A program made the translations under genes and the position numbers. From Malacoraja senta (lineage: Eukaryota), in the NCBI GenBank assembly GCA_038087875.1, contig CM075987.1:20522001-20586000 (forward strand): DNA of 64,000 bases, in the 5' to 3' direction. Position 1 is the stretch's first letter; the number at the start of each line of letters is the position of its first letter. This document shows, piece by piece, positions 1 through 13,290 of the stretch. Below the pieces are notes generated by a model. It saw only the letters and a program-made list of their open reading frames with translations, made no database searches and was not told the origin of the DNA.

Positions 1-362
1 CTTTAAAGATTATGCCCATGGACCATTTGAAAGGTTGTTCCATGGCACCCAGCAAAATGGCCACAGGACACTATACTGGCCCTTCCCTACAAAACCTTTG
101 CAGCAGTTGCACTAAGCTTCCATGCATCCTCTGCATTAATCCTACACCCTGGAACATACCAGTTGGCAGCATTCCCTTATGGACATCTTACACTGGAAGA
201 CCAACAAAGGTTGGGGTAGAGCACAGCACATCTTTCATAGGGTTGATGAACGTCCAGCAGCACTTAATGTTTATCTGAGTAAACATGCCTGGAACAGCCC
301 ATACATAAGAGTACTTCAAAATACAAACCCACTGACTCCCACAACTATCTTGACTACACTTA

Positions 363-1452
363 TTCCCACCCTGCTTCCTGCAGACTCTATCCCTTACCTC
401 CAATTCCTCCGTCTACGCCGCATCTGCGTCCAAGTTGAGATGTTCCATACTTGAACATCCGCGATGTCATCATTCTTTAGTGACCGGGGGTTCTCCTCTT
501 CCATCATAGATGAGGCCCTCACTCGTGTCTCCTCGGTACCCCGCAGCTCCGCCCTTGCTCCCCCTACCCCTAGAACGCAACAGTGACAGAGTCCCCCTAG
601 TCCTTAACTTCCACCCCATCAGCCGTCGCATACAACACATAATCCTCCAAAATTTCCGCCGCCTCCAATGGGATCCCACCACAAGCCACATTTTCCTATC
701 TCCACCCCTTTACGCCTTCCGCAGAGACTGTTCCCTCCGGAACTCCCTGGTTAACTCATCCCTTCCCACCCTAACCACCCCTTCCTCAGGTACCTTCACC
801 TACAACCGCAGAAGTTGCAACATCTGATGTTGAGATACCTCCTCCCTCGACTCTGTCCAGAGACCAATACCAGTCCTTTCAGGTTAGGCAGAGGTTCACT
901 TCCACCTCCTCCAACCTCATCTACTGTATCCGTTGGATTCTTATACATCGGCGAGACCAAACACAGACTGGTCGATCGTCGCTTTAATTCTCTTTCCCAT
1001 TCCTACACAGACCTTTCTGTCCTCGATCTCCTCCATTGTCAGAGTGAGGCTAAACGTAAATTGGAGGAACAGCATCTCATATTTCGCTTGTGCAGCTTAC
1101 AGCCCAGTGGTATGAATATTGATTCTCTCACTTCAGGTAGCTCCAGCATTCCCTCTCTCTCTCTATCCCTCCCCCACCCATCACACCAGCTTCTCATTTT
1201 CACCCTCCAAACAGCTTAGAATGGCCTGTTTCCTTTATCATCGTTACAATTTTGCATATCTTTCATTCATTGTTCTTTATCTCTCCACATCACCATCTAT
1301 ATCTCTCGTTTCCCTTATCCCTAACCAGTAAAGAAGGGTCTCGACCCGAAATGTCACCTATTCCTTCTCTCCAGAGATGCTCTCTGTCCCGCTGAGTTTC
1401 TCCAGTTTTTGTGTCTATCTTCAGTTTAAACCAGCACCTGCAGTTCCTTCCT
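363..1452 (+). mobile_element. Penelope-like retroelement, 3' part (GIY-YIG endonuclease remnant), degenerate
   Basis: Frameshifted peptides SIPYLQFLRLRRIC, DRVPLVLNFHP, LYIGETKHRL, KRKLEEQHLIFRL..LQPSGMN; 3' tail shared with other copies. Confidence 0.85.
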
Positions 1453-4400
1453 GCACATAAGAGTACTACGTTTTGTAGTTGTTTGTGGCAAATTTCAATC
1501 GGACCATGCATCTTTTTTCTGAAATTCCTGGCAAATGCAGCCTGAGGGAGAAGCAAGCTCGCACCATCACTGTCCGTTTCCTTCCATGAAGACAACTCTC
1601 TGTCAGCTCTCCTTGGATCCATTGATTGGTTTGTGCAGCCAGATGGCCTCTGATTGGAAGTGATAGCAGAGCATGAGCAGAGTGGCTTGGGGCCGCCAGG
1701 GAGTTTGAGTACAGTGGACAGTTCTGTTCTTCACCCCAAAGTTGTTACTTTCAGGGCTAGATGCATACTACTGGTACAGGCAGCCTTTATTGAACTCGTG
1801 CAGCTTGCAGCTCGTGGTTTGCCAATGATCCACTGGCCTGACTTTAACAGGAACTGCAGGCTGGCTTTCTGCACAATTGACTGTCAACTGCAGACCAGCG
1901 GCAACAGTCAGTTTACTAATGCTTTGCTCTGGTGGCTCCAGTGCTGTCTGCAACCCTGTGAAGAAATCCGAAGCCGTTTAGAACTCTGGACACCTTGTGC
2001 TGCTGAACATTGAGGGGTCCAACTCGGGCTGGGGAACCCAACAAACAACAAAAGCTGCCTCACCCCAGGTTATTCCATGCAGGGCAAGGATGTTTTTTTG
2101 TAAAGACAGGTGCAAACACTACTGAGTATGACACTAATAATATTTAATTTATAGACACTAGGCATATAGTAAGTTTTCGCACAGATTTTTAATTCTGGAT
2201 AATGTTTATTTTTGAAATTAAAAAAAAAATCCATAGCTGTTGAGAGATTATTTTCTCAGGCAAGGTGCACATCACCGGCAAAGACAGCTTTAATTGAACG
2301 TGCAGCTGGCAGGGATCGTTGCCTTGAACTGTTGCAGAATAAGTGGTCAGAAGGGTTCTGGCAGTGAGGCAGCAACTTGTAAGACCTTCGTTCAAGGGCG
2401 TAGAGATGTATTTCCAGGTCAGGACGGTGTCGATCTAGGTTAACTTTCAGATAGAAGTGTTGTTGCTAGTGTAGGAGGTGCTCGGGGGAGAGACTTGTTG
2501 AATTGCCTCACATCTTGAAGATGTACACTCTGCAGCCCCATGTGGGGCAGTGGGGCTGGAGAGTCAGTGTAGCTGGAGGGGTTATCAATCGAGTGAGGTA
2601 TTTGATGTTAACCGTGAAAGGTCAATTGCCATTAATGAAATTGAAAAGTGTTACCAATCTCTTTAAATATGCTTACTTTAATTGTCAATCAGTATGCAAT
2701 AAAATAACGGAATTACGGGGGTAGAATAAAATGAATTAAAATGGTCATGAGGTATCTACAACATCCTTGCTCTAGGTCAATGGGACAAGACTTGCATAAG
2801 TCAATAAATGTTGCTTATCCAGGTAAATGTAGAAGTTCATGAATAAATGATAGATCACAGTTCAGAATGGTTTGTACCTGTTGTTTAATTATGTCTTTGT
2901 AGCCATGTGGGATGATAGGACGTGTTCTAGCCAGGATTTATTGTCATGGTTCCTTCCTCCATTTGAACATAATTTGTGTTGACACTCCAGTGCATTAGTG
3001 ATAGACTGCTGAATCACTGGAGGTGTTCAATGTCAGAAACATAAAAGATCTCGGGGAAATATTGGGAGTGTTCCAGGTTTTCTGAATTCTTTTTGGTGGT
3101 TAACAGCAGATTATAGGATGTTACTGTGAAAGAATTGTTTGTTGCCTTTGTTTACTGTTCAAATTCATCGGACACGTACAGTAACCATTTGGGAAATCCA
3201 AAGGATTTGAGAAAGCAAGCTTTTTCTAAAGTAAGTGCCAAGAGGATAGCAAAAGCTTTTGGGTGATATTCCAACTGAGTTTTTAGTATATTGACTGGAA
3301 AATGGGAAAGAAATATTAAATATCTGAGCTGACACACTTAATTTCATGAAAGATGTTTTGGATGGGGACATTTTTAAAGTTTAAGTATGATTTAGTCACC
3401 AATGCCATGTCACAAATACATATTTCTAATTACCAAAAATGCGTGGGGTGACTTGCGTTTGAGTACACCTGGTATTGCGTCCTGCCTTATCCACTGTCAA
3501 ATCAAAATGTTTCCCATCTTATTTGCACTGGAACCACCTAATGGGGAGTACTAATTCTGACTTCAAATGAATAGTGCTGTGGTATCTTCAGGTGTAGGTG
3601 TACTGAGTGAGATCATGACGTTTAAGTTCAATCAAACCTCGTCACTACTTCATCGACAGGTGTGATTAAAATCAGCGAACTGAACTCTGAAAGACCCTTT
3701 TGAATACTGGATAGCTGAAAATGTCCTGGAAATCTTCAAGTTTTATTTCACCAGTCTTTAAGTTGTGCTTTTGTCATCTGTTCACATATTGCTTGGTGTC
3801 AAATTTTAATTAATGCCCACCTGTGACGTGCTTTGGGATGTTACACTCTCTTGAAGGTGTTTTCTTTGGATAATATTTGAATGATGGTTTAATATTTGAA
3901 TTTCTAAATTTAAAGTAAAATGAAATCACACTTTTACACGTGGAATATATCTTGTGGCCTCAAATGGTTGCCTGATGTGATGTATGTTTTGTGATGGTTT
4001 TATTTGAAATTACAGTCATTGGGGAATGGTAACAACAAATCTGACTGGCATTGTCCTGTTTGAGAATTGGGCCAGTTTCATTTTAAACAATCTAAGGTAA
4101 CTTACTCTAAATCCGGTCTTGAAAAACCGCCAATGTCTTGCTCTAGATGCAGTCAGTACCTGCCTCAGGGAGTATAATCCACTTGTATAGTCATCTGCAG
4201 CAGACAACGTAGTTACTACCATAAAATACTAATGGTACTTGGAGATTATTGTACAATGAAACTGGCATCTGAGATGTTTTCCTTATTGAAAAGTATCTGT
4301 TGAACTTTGCACTTTTCCCTGAAACAATTACCTTGCATTTCTTAATTGCAATGGCATCCCATCATTCTTTATCCATTTATTACTCACCAGGCTATACTGT

Positions 4401-4639
4401 TGAATAATGGATTAACCAGGGAAGCCAATAAGAGTTCAGATTGATTGAATGACACTATATAAATCTAGTAATGCTTTGGTACAGCACTATTCCACACGAT
4501 TGTAATGTCTCTAATCTCGGTTACACATGGCCAGTCAACCACTGAGGCTATTGCCTTATCACTGGCTGATTGATCTGATCATATCCAACATTATCGGGGA
4601 AGAGCTCGGGAAGGTAGACTGGCAGCAGTCGTTACTGGG

Positions 4640-6235
4640 CATCTGATGTGGGAGTTGTTTACAGACCAGTTGATCGAAGTTCAGGACTGGGATGTTCCAA
4701 TAAGGATGGCAAAATAATGGAACCTTGGATGACCAAAGAGGTTGTAAATTTGGACAAAATGAAAGCGCATGCAAGGTTTAAGAGGGTGGAATCAGACGTG
4801 GCCTTTGAGGAATATAAAGAAAGGAGGAAAGAACTCAAGTGGGCAATTAGAAGGGCCAAAAGGGGCCACAAAATGGCTTTGGTGGGTTGGATTAAAGAAT
4901 ATTGCAGAGCTACATTTAAAAACAAGAGGGGAACCAGGGAGAAAATAGACCCACTCAAGAAAAAAGAAGGGAATTTGTGCTTGTAGATGCAGGGGACATA
5001 GGCGAGGTTCTAAATCCGTACTTTGCATCTGGTTTCACCAAAAGGGTTGTGGAGGACAGTGAGATCAATGTGGAGAATACTAATATTGCAGGGGCAGTTT
5101 GAGATTAAGAAGGCGATGGGGTTCTTGAAGAGCATTAAGATGGATGGATCACAGAAACCTGATGATCCCAGGTTATTCTGAGTGATGATTTCAAAAGCTT
5201 CAACTAAGATCTTTGCATCTTCTCTAGCCACAGGGGCGAGGTCCCAGAGGCCTGGAAAACTGCTACTTTTGTCCCATTAAGAAGTGAGGTAGAGAGAATC
5301 CCGGAATTATAGGCTGGTGAACCTCACATCAGCGGCATGGAAGCTATTGGAGAGGATTCTTAAGATCAGGATTTACTCCTATTTGGGAGAGAATGGAATA
5401 ATTTGGGACAGTCAGCATGGTTTTGTACATGACAGGTCATTTCTTACTAACTTGATTGACTTTTTTTGAGGAGTGACAAAATGATATATGATGGTAGGGT
5501 GGTAGATGTTGTCAACATGGATTTTAGTAAGGCATTTGATAAAGTGCCCCATGGTAAACTGATCCAAAAGATTAAGAAGCTCGGGATTAACAGTGACTTG
5601 GTCGTCTGAATTCAGAACTAGCTTACTGATAAAGGACAGACTTGTGGTGGAAGGACAATATTCACGCTGAAGCTCTGTGACCAGTGAAGTTCAGCAGACC
5701 TGTGAGGGAACCTTGGCTGTTTGCGATATATACTAATGACTTGGACATAAACGTAGATTAAGTTTGCAGATGACATCAAGATTGTTAGGGTCGTGGGCAG
5801 TGAGGAAGGCTGTCAAAGTATACAGTGGGATATAGATTAGCTACAGAGCTGGACGGAAAAACGGCAAATGGAGTTTAATCCAAGCAAGTGTGAGGTTTTG
5901 CACTTTGGGAGGCCCAATGTAAGGGGAGAATAAAGGCATTAATGTACAGAGGGATCTTGGGGTCCAATTCCATAACTCTCTAAGTGGCAACACAAGTAGC
6001 TCGAGTAGTAAATATGGTGTATGGTTTGCTTGCCTTCATTACTTGGGGATACAAGAGTCAGGAAGTCATGATGTAGATCTATAGAACTTTGGTTAGGCCA
6101 CATTTGTAGTATTGCATGCAGTTCTGGTAACGCCTTTATGGGAAGGATGTGGAGGTTTTGGAACGGGCATAGGGGAAGTTTATCAGCATGATGCATGGAT
6201 TAAGGGATATTAGTTACAGGGAGAGGTTGAACAAA
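4640..6235 (+). mobile_element. CR1-type LINE ORF2 remnant
   Basis: PWMTKEV, MDFSKAFDKVPHGKL and KFADD RT motifs with stops and frameshifts. Confidence 0.85.
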
Positions 6236-7323
6236 ATTGCAGCACTTCACATTAGTTCTGGACTTTGCTGGCTGTCATCTTCAGACTGTTGGTTGTGACC
6301 ATGCAGGCAAGCCTATGGCATTCTAAGCTGTGTTTTAATAGATATTCCAAAGTAAATCCATAATCCTCAAGATTCATTCTGCTAGCAATATATTGATGTG
6401 AAACTTCAATGTATTTTTGAGTTTCAGTTAAATTGACTGAAGTTCTATCAACTGAAAGCTCAAAGAACAGGACTTTAATGGATGTCATCATGATACAATG
6501 TACAATCTACATGCATACAAACATTAGTAACTGCAATAATGGATGCAGCTTGTGATCCTGATTTTAAAGCCATCCATGTAAACCTCTATTTAGAACAAAG
6601 TTAGGGATGGTTTGAAATTATGGTATTAGTTGCATCGGAGGTTCATTAGTTTAAAAAAATATACAACATTGTCAATTAATTATAGAAAAGTGAAACAATT
6701 TTCCTTTGGACAAATTTAAACTCCTGGCTTTCTGTTTCACTTCTAGTGAACATCTTCAAGCTCCGGATGCCATTTCACAATTGGGCACAAAGTTGCCACT
6801 TTACATTTCAGCAAAGTTGGCAATAGCAGCTTTGTTTTCTTTCACTGAACAGAAAGCTCTGCTGTCATAAGGCACTAAACCTGGTGCAACAACTGTGAAC
6901 TTCCAAAATATATCATAATTGTTAAGGTGTAAATAGCCATAATACTTAACCACAACACTCAAACAAGAGTGTTATAACTACTGGGTCATGCTAATTGCTC
7001 CCAATTGTAAACTTTAAACAAACAGGGCGTCAGCTTTTCCCTTTATGCCCAGCATCAGAGGCACATGGATGGCACCACATTCGATGCACTGTACAGCTCT
7101 CAATACATCAACTGATATTGAGATGATGCTACATTGTTAGAACAAGCACATAACTATTGATCATCAATAAATTTAGTCTTCACCTTTTTTGACCATTGAC
7201 AAAATTATTGTCAGTAGCTGTAGACTGTAGTACTTTAAAGTGCTTGTGCTTTAAAGTAGAAATGGACTCTTATCTTGCAGCCTGTGTTTTGTTTGTCTCA
7301 CGATATCATCCATTGATTGTTTG

Positions 7324-7498
7324 CTACCGTTTACGTATAAGAATGTCCCAGCTGTCTTTCCAGCGCAATGCAGTTAACTGTGATGTTGAGAGAGCTGGAT
7401 ACCCGTAGGTGAGAGGACTAAATGTCTGATACACAAAGTAGACGGAGGAGATCCAAGCTAAGACCACAGCACTGAATGTGTTTCTGGAGACAGAAGAC
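7324..7498 (-). CDS. POMT1: POMT1 last coding exon (exon 20; stop TAG 7324-7326)
   Basis: ...[50 protein letters not shown]; all 19 coding exons sum to 2178 nt in one frame. Confidence 0.96.
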
Positions 7499-7595
7499 CT
7501 GAAAATAGAACAGCAGCTGTTTAGTGTCGCAGTGCAGTTAATACTAAAGTAGAATTACAGCTTGGATAGAAAGTCATGCGTTCTGGTGTCAATGT

Positions 7596-8230
7596 AAGGG
7601 CCTGTCCCACTTGGGTCATCACTTACGCGACAAGCCGGTAGTGACGGTTGCGCGACGGTCCCTCGAGAGTCACGCGCGTCATCATGCGCCCACACAGCCG
7701 TCTGGAGCGCGTGACGTCATTTGAAGATGGACACAAAATGCAGGAGTAACTCAGTGGGACCGGCAGCATCTCTGGAGAGAAGGAATGGATTATGTTTCAG
7801 GTCGAGACCCTTCTTCAGTCTAAAAGGGTCTTGACCTGAAACGTCACCCATTCCTTCTCTCCAGAGATGCTGCCGGTTCCGCTGAGTTACTCCTGCATTC
7901 TGTGTCTATCTCCAATTGTCTTGGCCCCTGCTCTGGGAGTAGGAGTGGGGGCGGATCCGGATCCGCAACGGCCGTGAGCCCCAGGCTGAGTTCGACGATC
8001 GTTTGCCTGCTTCTGCTGCTGTTGGAGGTGAGACGTTGCGTCGCGTCTGGGTCTTGGGCCTGTCCCACTTTGGCCGTCAGTTACGCGACAGGCCGGTGGC
8101 GCGCGAAGATTTCGTGCAGGACGAAGTCCACACTCCACCACATCACTCCATGCGCCCGTCCCCACGCTACCCACACGCTAGCAGGTCGCGTAAATGGCGC
8201 GCGAAAGACAGTCAAGTGGGACAGGCCCTT
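7596..8230. mobile_element. Non-autonomous TIR element (PIF/Harbinger-like MITE) with an internal Penelope-derived palindrome
   Basis: Perfect 18-bp TIRs AAGGGCCTGTCCCACTTG / CAAGTGGGACAGGCCCTT; extra TIR-like copy at about 8056. Confidence 0.8.
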
Positions 8231-8301
8231 TAATGCAAATATAACAAGAACTCTGAGAAACTAACTCAAAATAGTTGATCAGTAAAATGCAACGTACTCA
8301 C

Positions 8302-8479
8302 CTGAGCACGTGATTGTGAATGTGCTCAAGAATGATTGGTAGGAGGAGGATTTTGAATGTGAGACCGGGCAGGTAGTGATATAAAAAGAGCGTTTTCTCC
8401 ATGAAGAAGAAAGGGAGATAATTAACAGCCCATCCTCCAATGCAGACAGCTCCAGCCAGAATTAAGTGCTCCCAGGAAT
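8302..8479 (-). CDS. POMT1: POMT1 exon 19
   Basis: [58 protein letters not shown]; AG/GTGAGT; 178 nt. Confidence 0.97.
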
Positions 8480-8594
8480 CTAAATGGATTGAGAATGAGA
8501 ATGGTCATAAAACATAGAAACAGGCCCTTCAGCTCAACTTGCCCATGCCAACCAAGAAGCCGCATCTACAGTTGTCCCACCTACCTGAATATTA

Positions 8595-9460
8595 CAAGAT
8601 ACAAGATACATTTATTTGTCACATGTGCCAGTTGGCACAGTGAAATGTGTGGTCACCGTACAGCCATACAATCAAAATAAAGAACACAACACACGATAGA
8701 GTTCAACATAAAACATCCCCACACAGCAGAATCAAAGTTAGCCACTGTGAGGGAAGGCACCAAAGTCAGTCATCTTCCTCTAATGTTCCCCAATGTTCAC
8801 CCGTGGTCGGGGCCTCCCCGAGCCCACCGCAGTCGCCGCTACGTGCAGCCCGATGTTCAGGCCCGCTCGCCGGGGTGATGTAAGTCCGACGTCGGGGCTG
8901 GGGGACCTCAGCGGCCTGGACATCAGAGTCGGCCACCTCCTACCGGAGTCCGCGGCTCCCAAAGTCCGCAGGCCATGCTGGGCGGAGATTCAACGCTGGC
9001 GGCCCTCGGTAAAGGGCCCCAGGACTCCGCGATGTTGTTCAGCGCCGGCCGCGCTGGAAGCTCTCTCAAACCGCAGCTCCACGATGTTGGAGCAGCGGCC
9101 CAACGCTCCGGAGCTCCAAACGGCGATCCAGGTCGGCATCGCCCGCTCCGTGGTGAATTCAGCGCTGCGCCACCGCTGTTGCAGCTCTGGTCCGGTTCCC
9201 GGCCCCCGGCAGGAAAGGCCGCTCCGATCCAGGTGGTAGGCCGCGAGGAGGGGGGCGAGGACGCGACTTGGAGAAATAGTCGCGTTCCCCGCCAGGAAGC
9301 GACTGGGAAACAGTTTCCCCCTTACCCTACCCCCCTCCCCCACATAGAAAAGTTAAAGTTTCCCCCAAAAACAGACTTTAAACTAACTAAAAAATAAAAA
9401 AAGATTGAAAAGACAAACAGGCTGTAGGCAGTGGCTGCCGTCAATGCGGCGCCCCTAGTG
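8595..9460 (-). mobile_element. GC-rich non-autonomous LINE-derived element, copy 1
   Basis: Colinear with 19503-20340; minus-strand tail GTGACAAATAAATGTATCTTGTATCTTG. Confidence 0.75.
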
Positions 9461-10102
9461 GATTGCCCATATTGCTCTAAACCTTTCCTATCCATGTACC
9501 TGTCCAATAGTAAGATCATGAACAACAAAGCATTAAATACATTGTGGACATATCAAAATTGTTTGGTTACCCAAAACAAAATGTGCAACTTTCTTGACTG
9601 TTTTATCGAATAATGTTTTTGCTAATATTGAAACCAAATATTTATCATACTTATACCAAAATACATTGTTAAAATAAGTAGTTGGTTGCTCCTTTACAAT
9701 TGACGTAATTGAATATTCTTGCACTATTATCAAACTCCCTCGTTGAAATAATGTACTTGAAGGAGCAGGGGTGTTTCCTTCCCATGCACCCAACCACTCA
9801 CTGGTGTGCCAACCAATAATTACACCTTGACATCAACCTCACTAAAATAGATTCTGTTACCGACCGAATTCTTCCCCTTGGGCCATAGCTGTATGCAAGA
9901 TTGGCAAATGCTTCATTTAATTGCAAAAGGTTTTGGGATGGCCCCAAGTCAGTGAGGTTGGATTGCAACACCAATTGTTGATTCTTTCTTGAAAAGTCAA
10001 ATGCATGTCAACTGTTGTCTGCAGAGGGAATTACTAAAAAGCACTTCCTTTTTATCTCAAAATGTACCAACTCAAAATTGATGTTACTTCAAAAATAATT
10101 AC

Positions 10103-10229
10103 CTTTGGGGATTGTGCAGATTCCCCTGCGCTGTCTCAGTAGATGCCAGAGGAAGAGTACTGTGTAAACAAGAATTCCAACCGTTGCTGTTGACCATGTT
10201 GAAATATTTCCAACCAACTGGACCTGTGC
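10103..10229 (-). CDS. POMT1: POMT1 exon 18
   Basis: AQVQLVGNIS...FLWHLLRQRRGICTIPK; AG/GT; 127 nt. Confidence 0.94.
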
Positions 10230-10490
10230 CTGTGGAATAAGTTTAGACATTCAAGAAGACAATGGAACGGCACAAGCTAATTAAGCCTTTCACCTCCCTG
10301 GAATGATACTTATTTTAATTCAAAGAGTTTATTGAATTTGAATCATCTATTCATTCAAATTGAAAACACTTCATGTCTCATATAGATTTAAATTAATGAA
10401 GCAAATTTACTTTTACAAGCACCATGAGCTTAGAATTAACAGAGGTGGAGTGGTTATGGATCATGGCTCTTTACTGCATTAGTGTAGCTA

Positions 10491-10674
10491 AAAAAAGCCA
10501 CAAACTGATGGTGTAATTCAGCGGGCCACGTAGCACCTCTGGAGGACACATAACTTATATATAGTGGACATGGATAGGTGATGTTTTGTGCCCCCCAGAG
10601 ATGCTGCCTGGCCTGCTGAGTTGCTCCAGCACTTTGTTCTTTTCGTAAACCATCATCTGCTGTTCCTTTGTCTC
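10491..10674. mobile_element. Fold-back Penelope-derived mini-element with 14-bp target-site duplication
   Basis: CATTAGTGTAGCTA at 10477-10490 and 10675-10688 flanks two inverted Penelope tail halves. Confidence 0.7.
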
Positions 10675-11170
10675 CATTAGTGTAGCTACATTACTTTGCC
10701 AAAGGCAGTTTGAGGTGGGACTCGTACACACACTTTTTTCCTTTATGCAACTTCAGAACTCAGTACCTATATACAGGATCATTTATAAACTGGAAATATA
10801 TGTTCAATGTTATGTAAACAAAAGGAGCTACCACAGTCCATGTTTGTAAGTTAGTTAAAAACCAACATTGAATGAAGGGTGGTTAACAATCATTGCCTCG
10901 GTTTAGGTTGTGTTAGCCAGAACATCAATTTGTATCCATTTTAGATGCAAATGTGTGTAATCTGTTTCCTTTTTCTAATTTATGCCTGCTCTAAATTTAT
11001 TAATTCATTTACTTCAATAGATTGCACTGGCATTTTACGACAGAATATTAATATTTATGTAGCTTGTGAACAAAGGAAATAAAAGGCTAGTACCCAAAAA
11101 GTACAGATACAACATGCTAAATTCATATGAACAGTTTATAAAACTAAATATTGTTCAATTAAATTAGTAC

Positions 11171-11284
11171 ATTGGTGCTGGGGTGAAGCCAATAAGCAAT
11201 ATTGGTATCCATGTTTATCCAGTCTAGAGGGGAAGAGCTGTACTTGTGTTCAGTCTCTTCATTCTTCAACGTCAACATCTTCAG
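11171..11284 (-). CDS. POMT1: POMT1 exon 17
   Basis: [38 protein letters not shown]; AG/GT; 114 nt. Confidence 0.96.
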
Positions 11285-11699
11285 CTGAAGAGAATAAAAA
11301 CAAGCGTTGCATTAGATACAATTTACAGAACAGGCTGGGACTAGTAGTCTCACCTAACCTAGGTTTAAATCTACCTCAACTGGCATTTAAAAACTTGGTT
11401 ATACTCGGTTGAAGGAGGTTGACGGGTCTTAACGATGATTTTCTGTTGATGTACATGTAATTTTAAAAGATAGTATGAGAAGGGGAATTAATCTATAATA
11501 GAGAAGAAATTAGCCGAAGAAAACATTAATGATGGAAAGCTTTAGGTTTAAAACCTCCCATTGTTCAAAAAGCTTAATGCCAGAAGTTTGGATTACTCAA
11601 ACATATTCAAGGTGGAGATTATTAAAGTCCCTCTTTAAAAAATAAAATACATTAATGCAGAGAGCGCAGGGCGTTAAGCCATCTCAAAGTACAACCATT

Positions 11700-11985
11700 T
11701 TAGGAGTAGCACAATGCTGCAGCTGATAAAGCCACAGCCTCGCAGCACCAGAGAAGCAGGTTCGATCCTGACCTCGGTTGCTGTCCCTGTGGAGTTTGTA
11801 TGTTTTCCCTGTGACCCCCTCACATCCCAACGATATGCTAGTTTGAAGGTTAATTAGCCAGGAAAATGTCACTAATGTGAGGAGTGGATGAAAAATCAGT
11901 CTAATATAGAACTAGTGTGAAGGGGTGATCGCTGGTCCCGAAGGGCCTGTTCCCAAACTGCATTTCCAAACTAAGCTGCACTAAA
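11700..11985 (+). mobile_element. tRNA-derived SINE
   Basis: B-box-like GGTTCGATCC; body shared with 35830, 44475 and 55545 copies; CTAA tail. Confidence 0.7.
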
Positions 11986-12068
11986 GCAGCCAAAAACAGA
12001 GGGGTAAGGATGGGTTTACATTAGAGGCCAGAATATAACAAGGACCATAAAATGAATATGTCTATTAC

Positions 12069-12166
12069 TTGCAATTCCATGAATTTGGCCATGAAGCTCA
12101 TGTTCTGGCTGACATCCATCTGTACTGGAGTTTGAAACTCCAACTCTCTCTCCTTCTGTTCCTCAC
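12069..12166 (-). CDS. POMT1: POMT1 exon 16
   Basis: EEQKERELEFQTPVQMDVSQNMSFMAKFMELQ; AG/GT; 98 nt. Confidence 0.96.
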
Positions 12167-12435
12167 CTGGGTGTGAAAATGAGAAAACGCACCAGTTTAA
12201 TAAAATAAAACACCCGTTGCAATTCCAAAAGAAAAATGGCTTCAAATTTGAAAGGAATTCGTTCCTTGTATTTAAGCTCAAATTTGTTATCAACACAGGC
12301 CAATTCCACCTGTGACTAATATTTTAGAAAATAATTGCTGGTAGCTAATTGTAGGGGAACATTCTGATCAAGGGGCTTTACTTTTGTGTCCTCAACTTAC
12401 TTCATCTCTCTTCAATAGCTAACGACATGCCTTAC

Positions 12436-12556
12436 TTTTTCCATACCGGTGTTCTTCGACATTCCATGCCATGTTCTGATGATAAACCTTCGAACTTTTG
12501 TCTCCAACAGTCTCCAGTTGGCGGTAGCCCCAATCAGGCAAAGCAGTACCACTTAA
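12436..12556 (-). CDS. POMT1: POMT1 exon 15
   Basis: LSGTALPDWGYRQLETVGDKSSKVYHQNMAWNVEEHRYGK; AG/GT; 121 nt. Confidence 0.97.
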
Positions 12557-13114
12557 CTGAAATGAAAAGTACAATAAAATATCACAGAACCTGATGTTTA
12601 CAAAGAGAAAAGTTTGAAATGACACTGAACATGCAAACCATTATGTTTTTACACAAGCTGAAAGGAAGAAATTAAGAAGTTCGCACAATGTCAAAGTGGA
12701 GCTGAACATTTAAGATATAATTACCTGAATTATAAATTGCTTTTAAAGAGGAATGAATGTCAAATTACAATCGAAAAAAATGAACTTTCAACATTCAATA
12801 TCCTATCAGAACAACACATTTTTGGATCTGACCCTACACTCATCAATGCTGATTGTGGCCTCTGGGCACCTGAACACATGTGAATTCCACGTAGTCATTT
12901 TATATTTTCAGCTTTCTTTGTAGTCATGTAACTGACTCCAGGATAGAACAGTTAAAATAACGAACGTCAATATAGGAAGTGGGGAAAGGATGGGTATAAA
13001 ACTGACTGCTTTCAGTAAATTATGTTCAATCCACAACCATCACAATGCAATTACACAAAACAACTGAGCCCTATAAGGAAAAATTGAGGCTAATGATCAG
13101 AGATAGGCTTCAAT

Positions 13115-13290
13115 TATAGACAATAGGTGCAGGATTGGGCCATTCAGCCCTTTGAGCCAGCACTGCCATTCAATGTGATCATGGCTGATCATCCACAATC
13201 AGTACCCCGTTCCTGCCTTATCCCCATATCCCTTGACTCCTCTATTTTTAAGAGCTCTATCTAACTCTCTCTTGAAAGCATCCAGAGAAT
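13115..13290 (-). mobile_element. CR1 LINE 3' end
   Basis: AGACAAT...GGCCATTCAGCCC tail shared with 26180 and 63860 copies. Confidence 0.7.

Noticed and set aside
1455-4550. Possible UCK1 3' exons, expected beyond POMT1 by human synteny
   Set aside because: No UCK1-like peptide found in the frames I examined; the short ORFs are unrecognisable.
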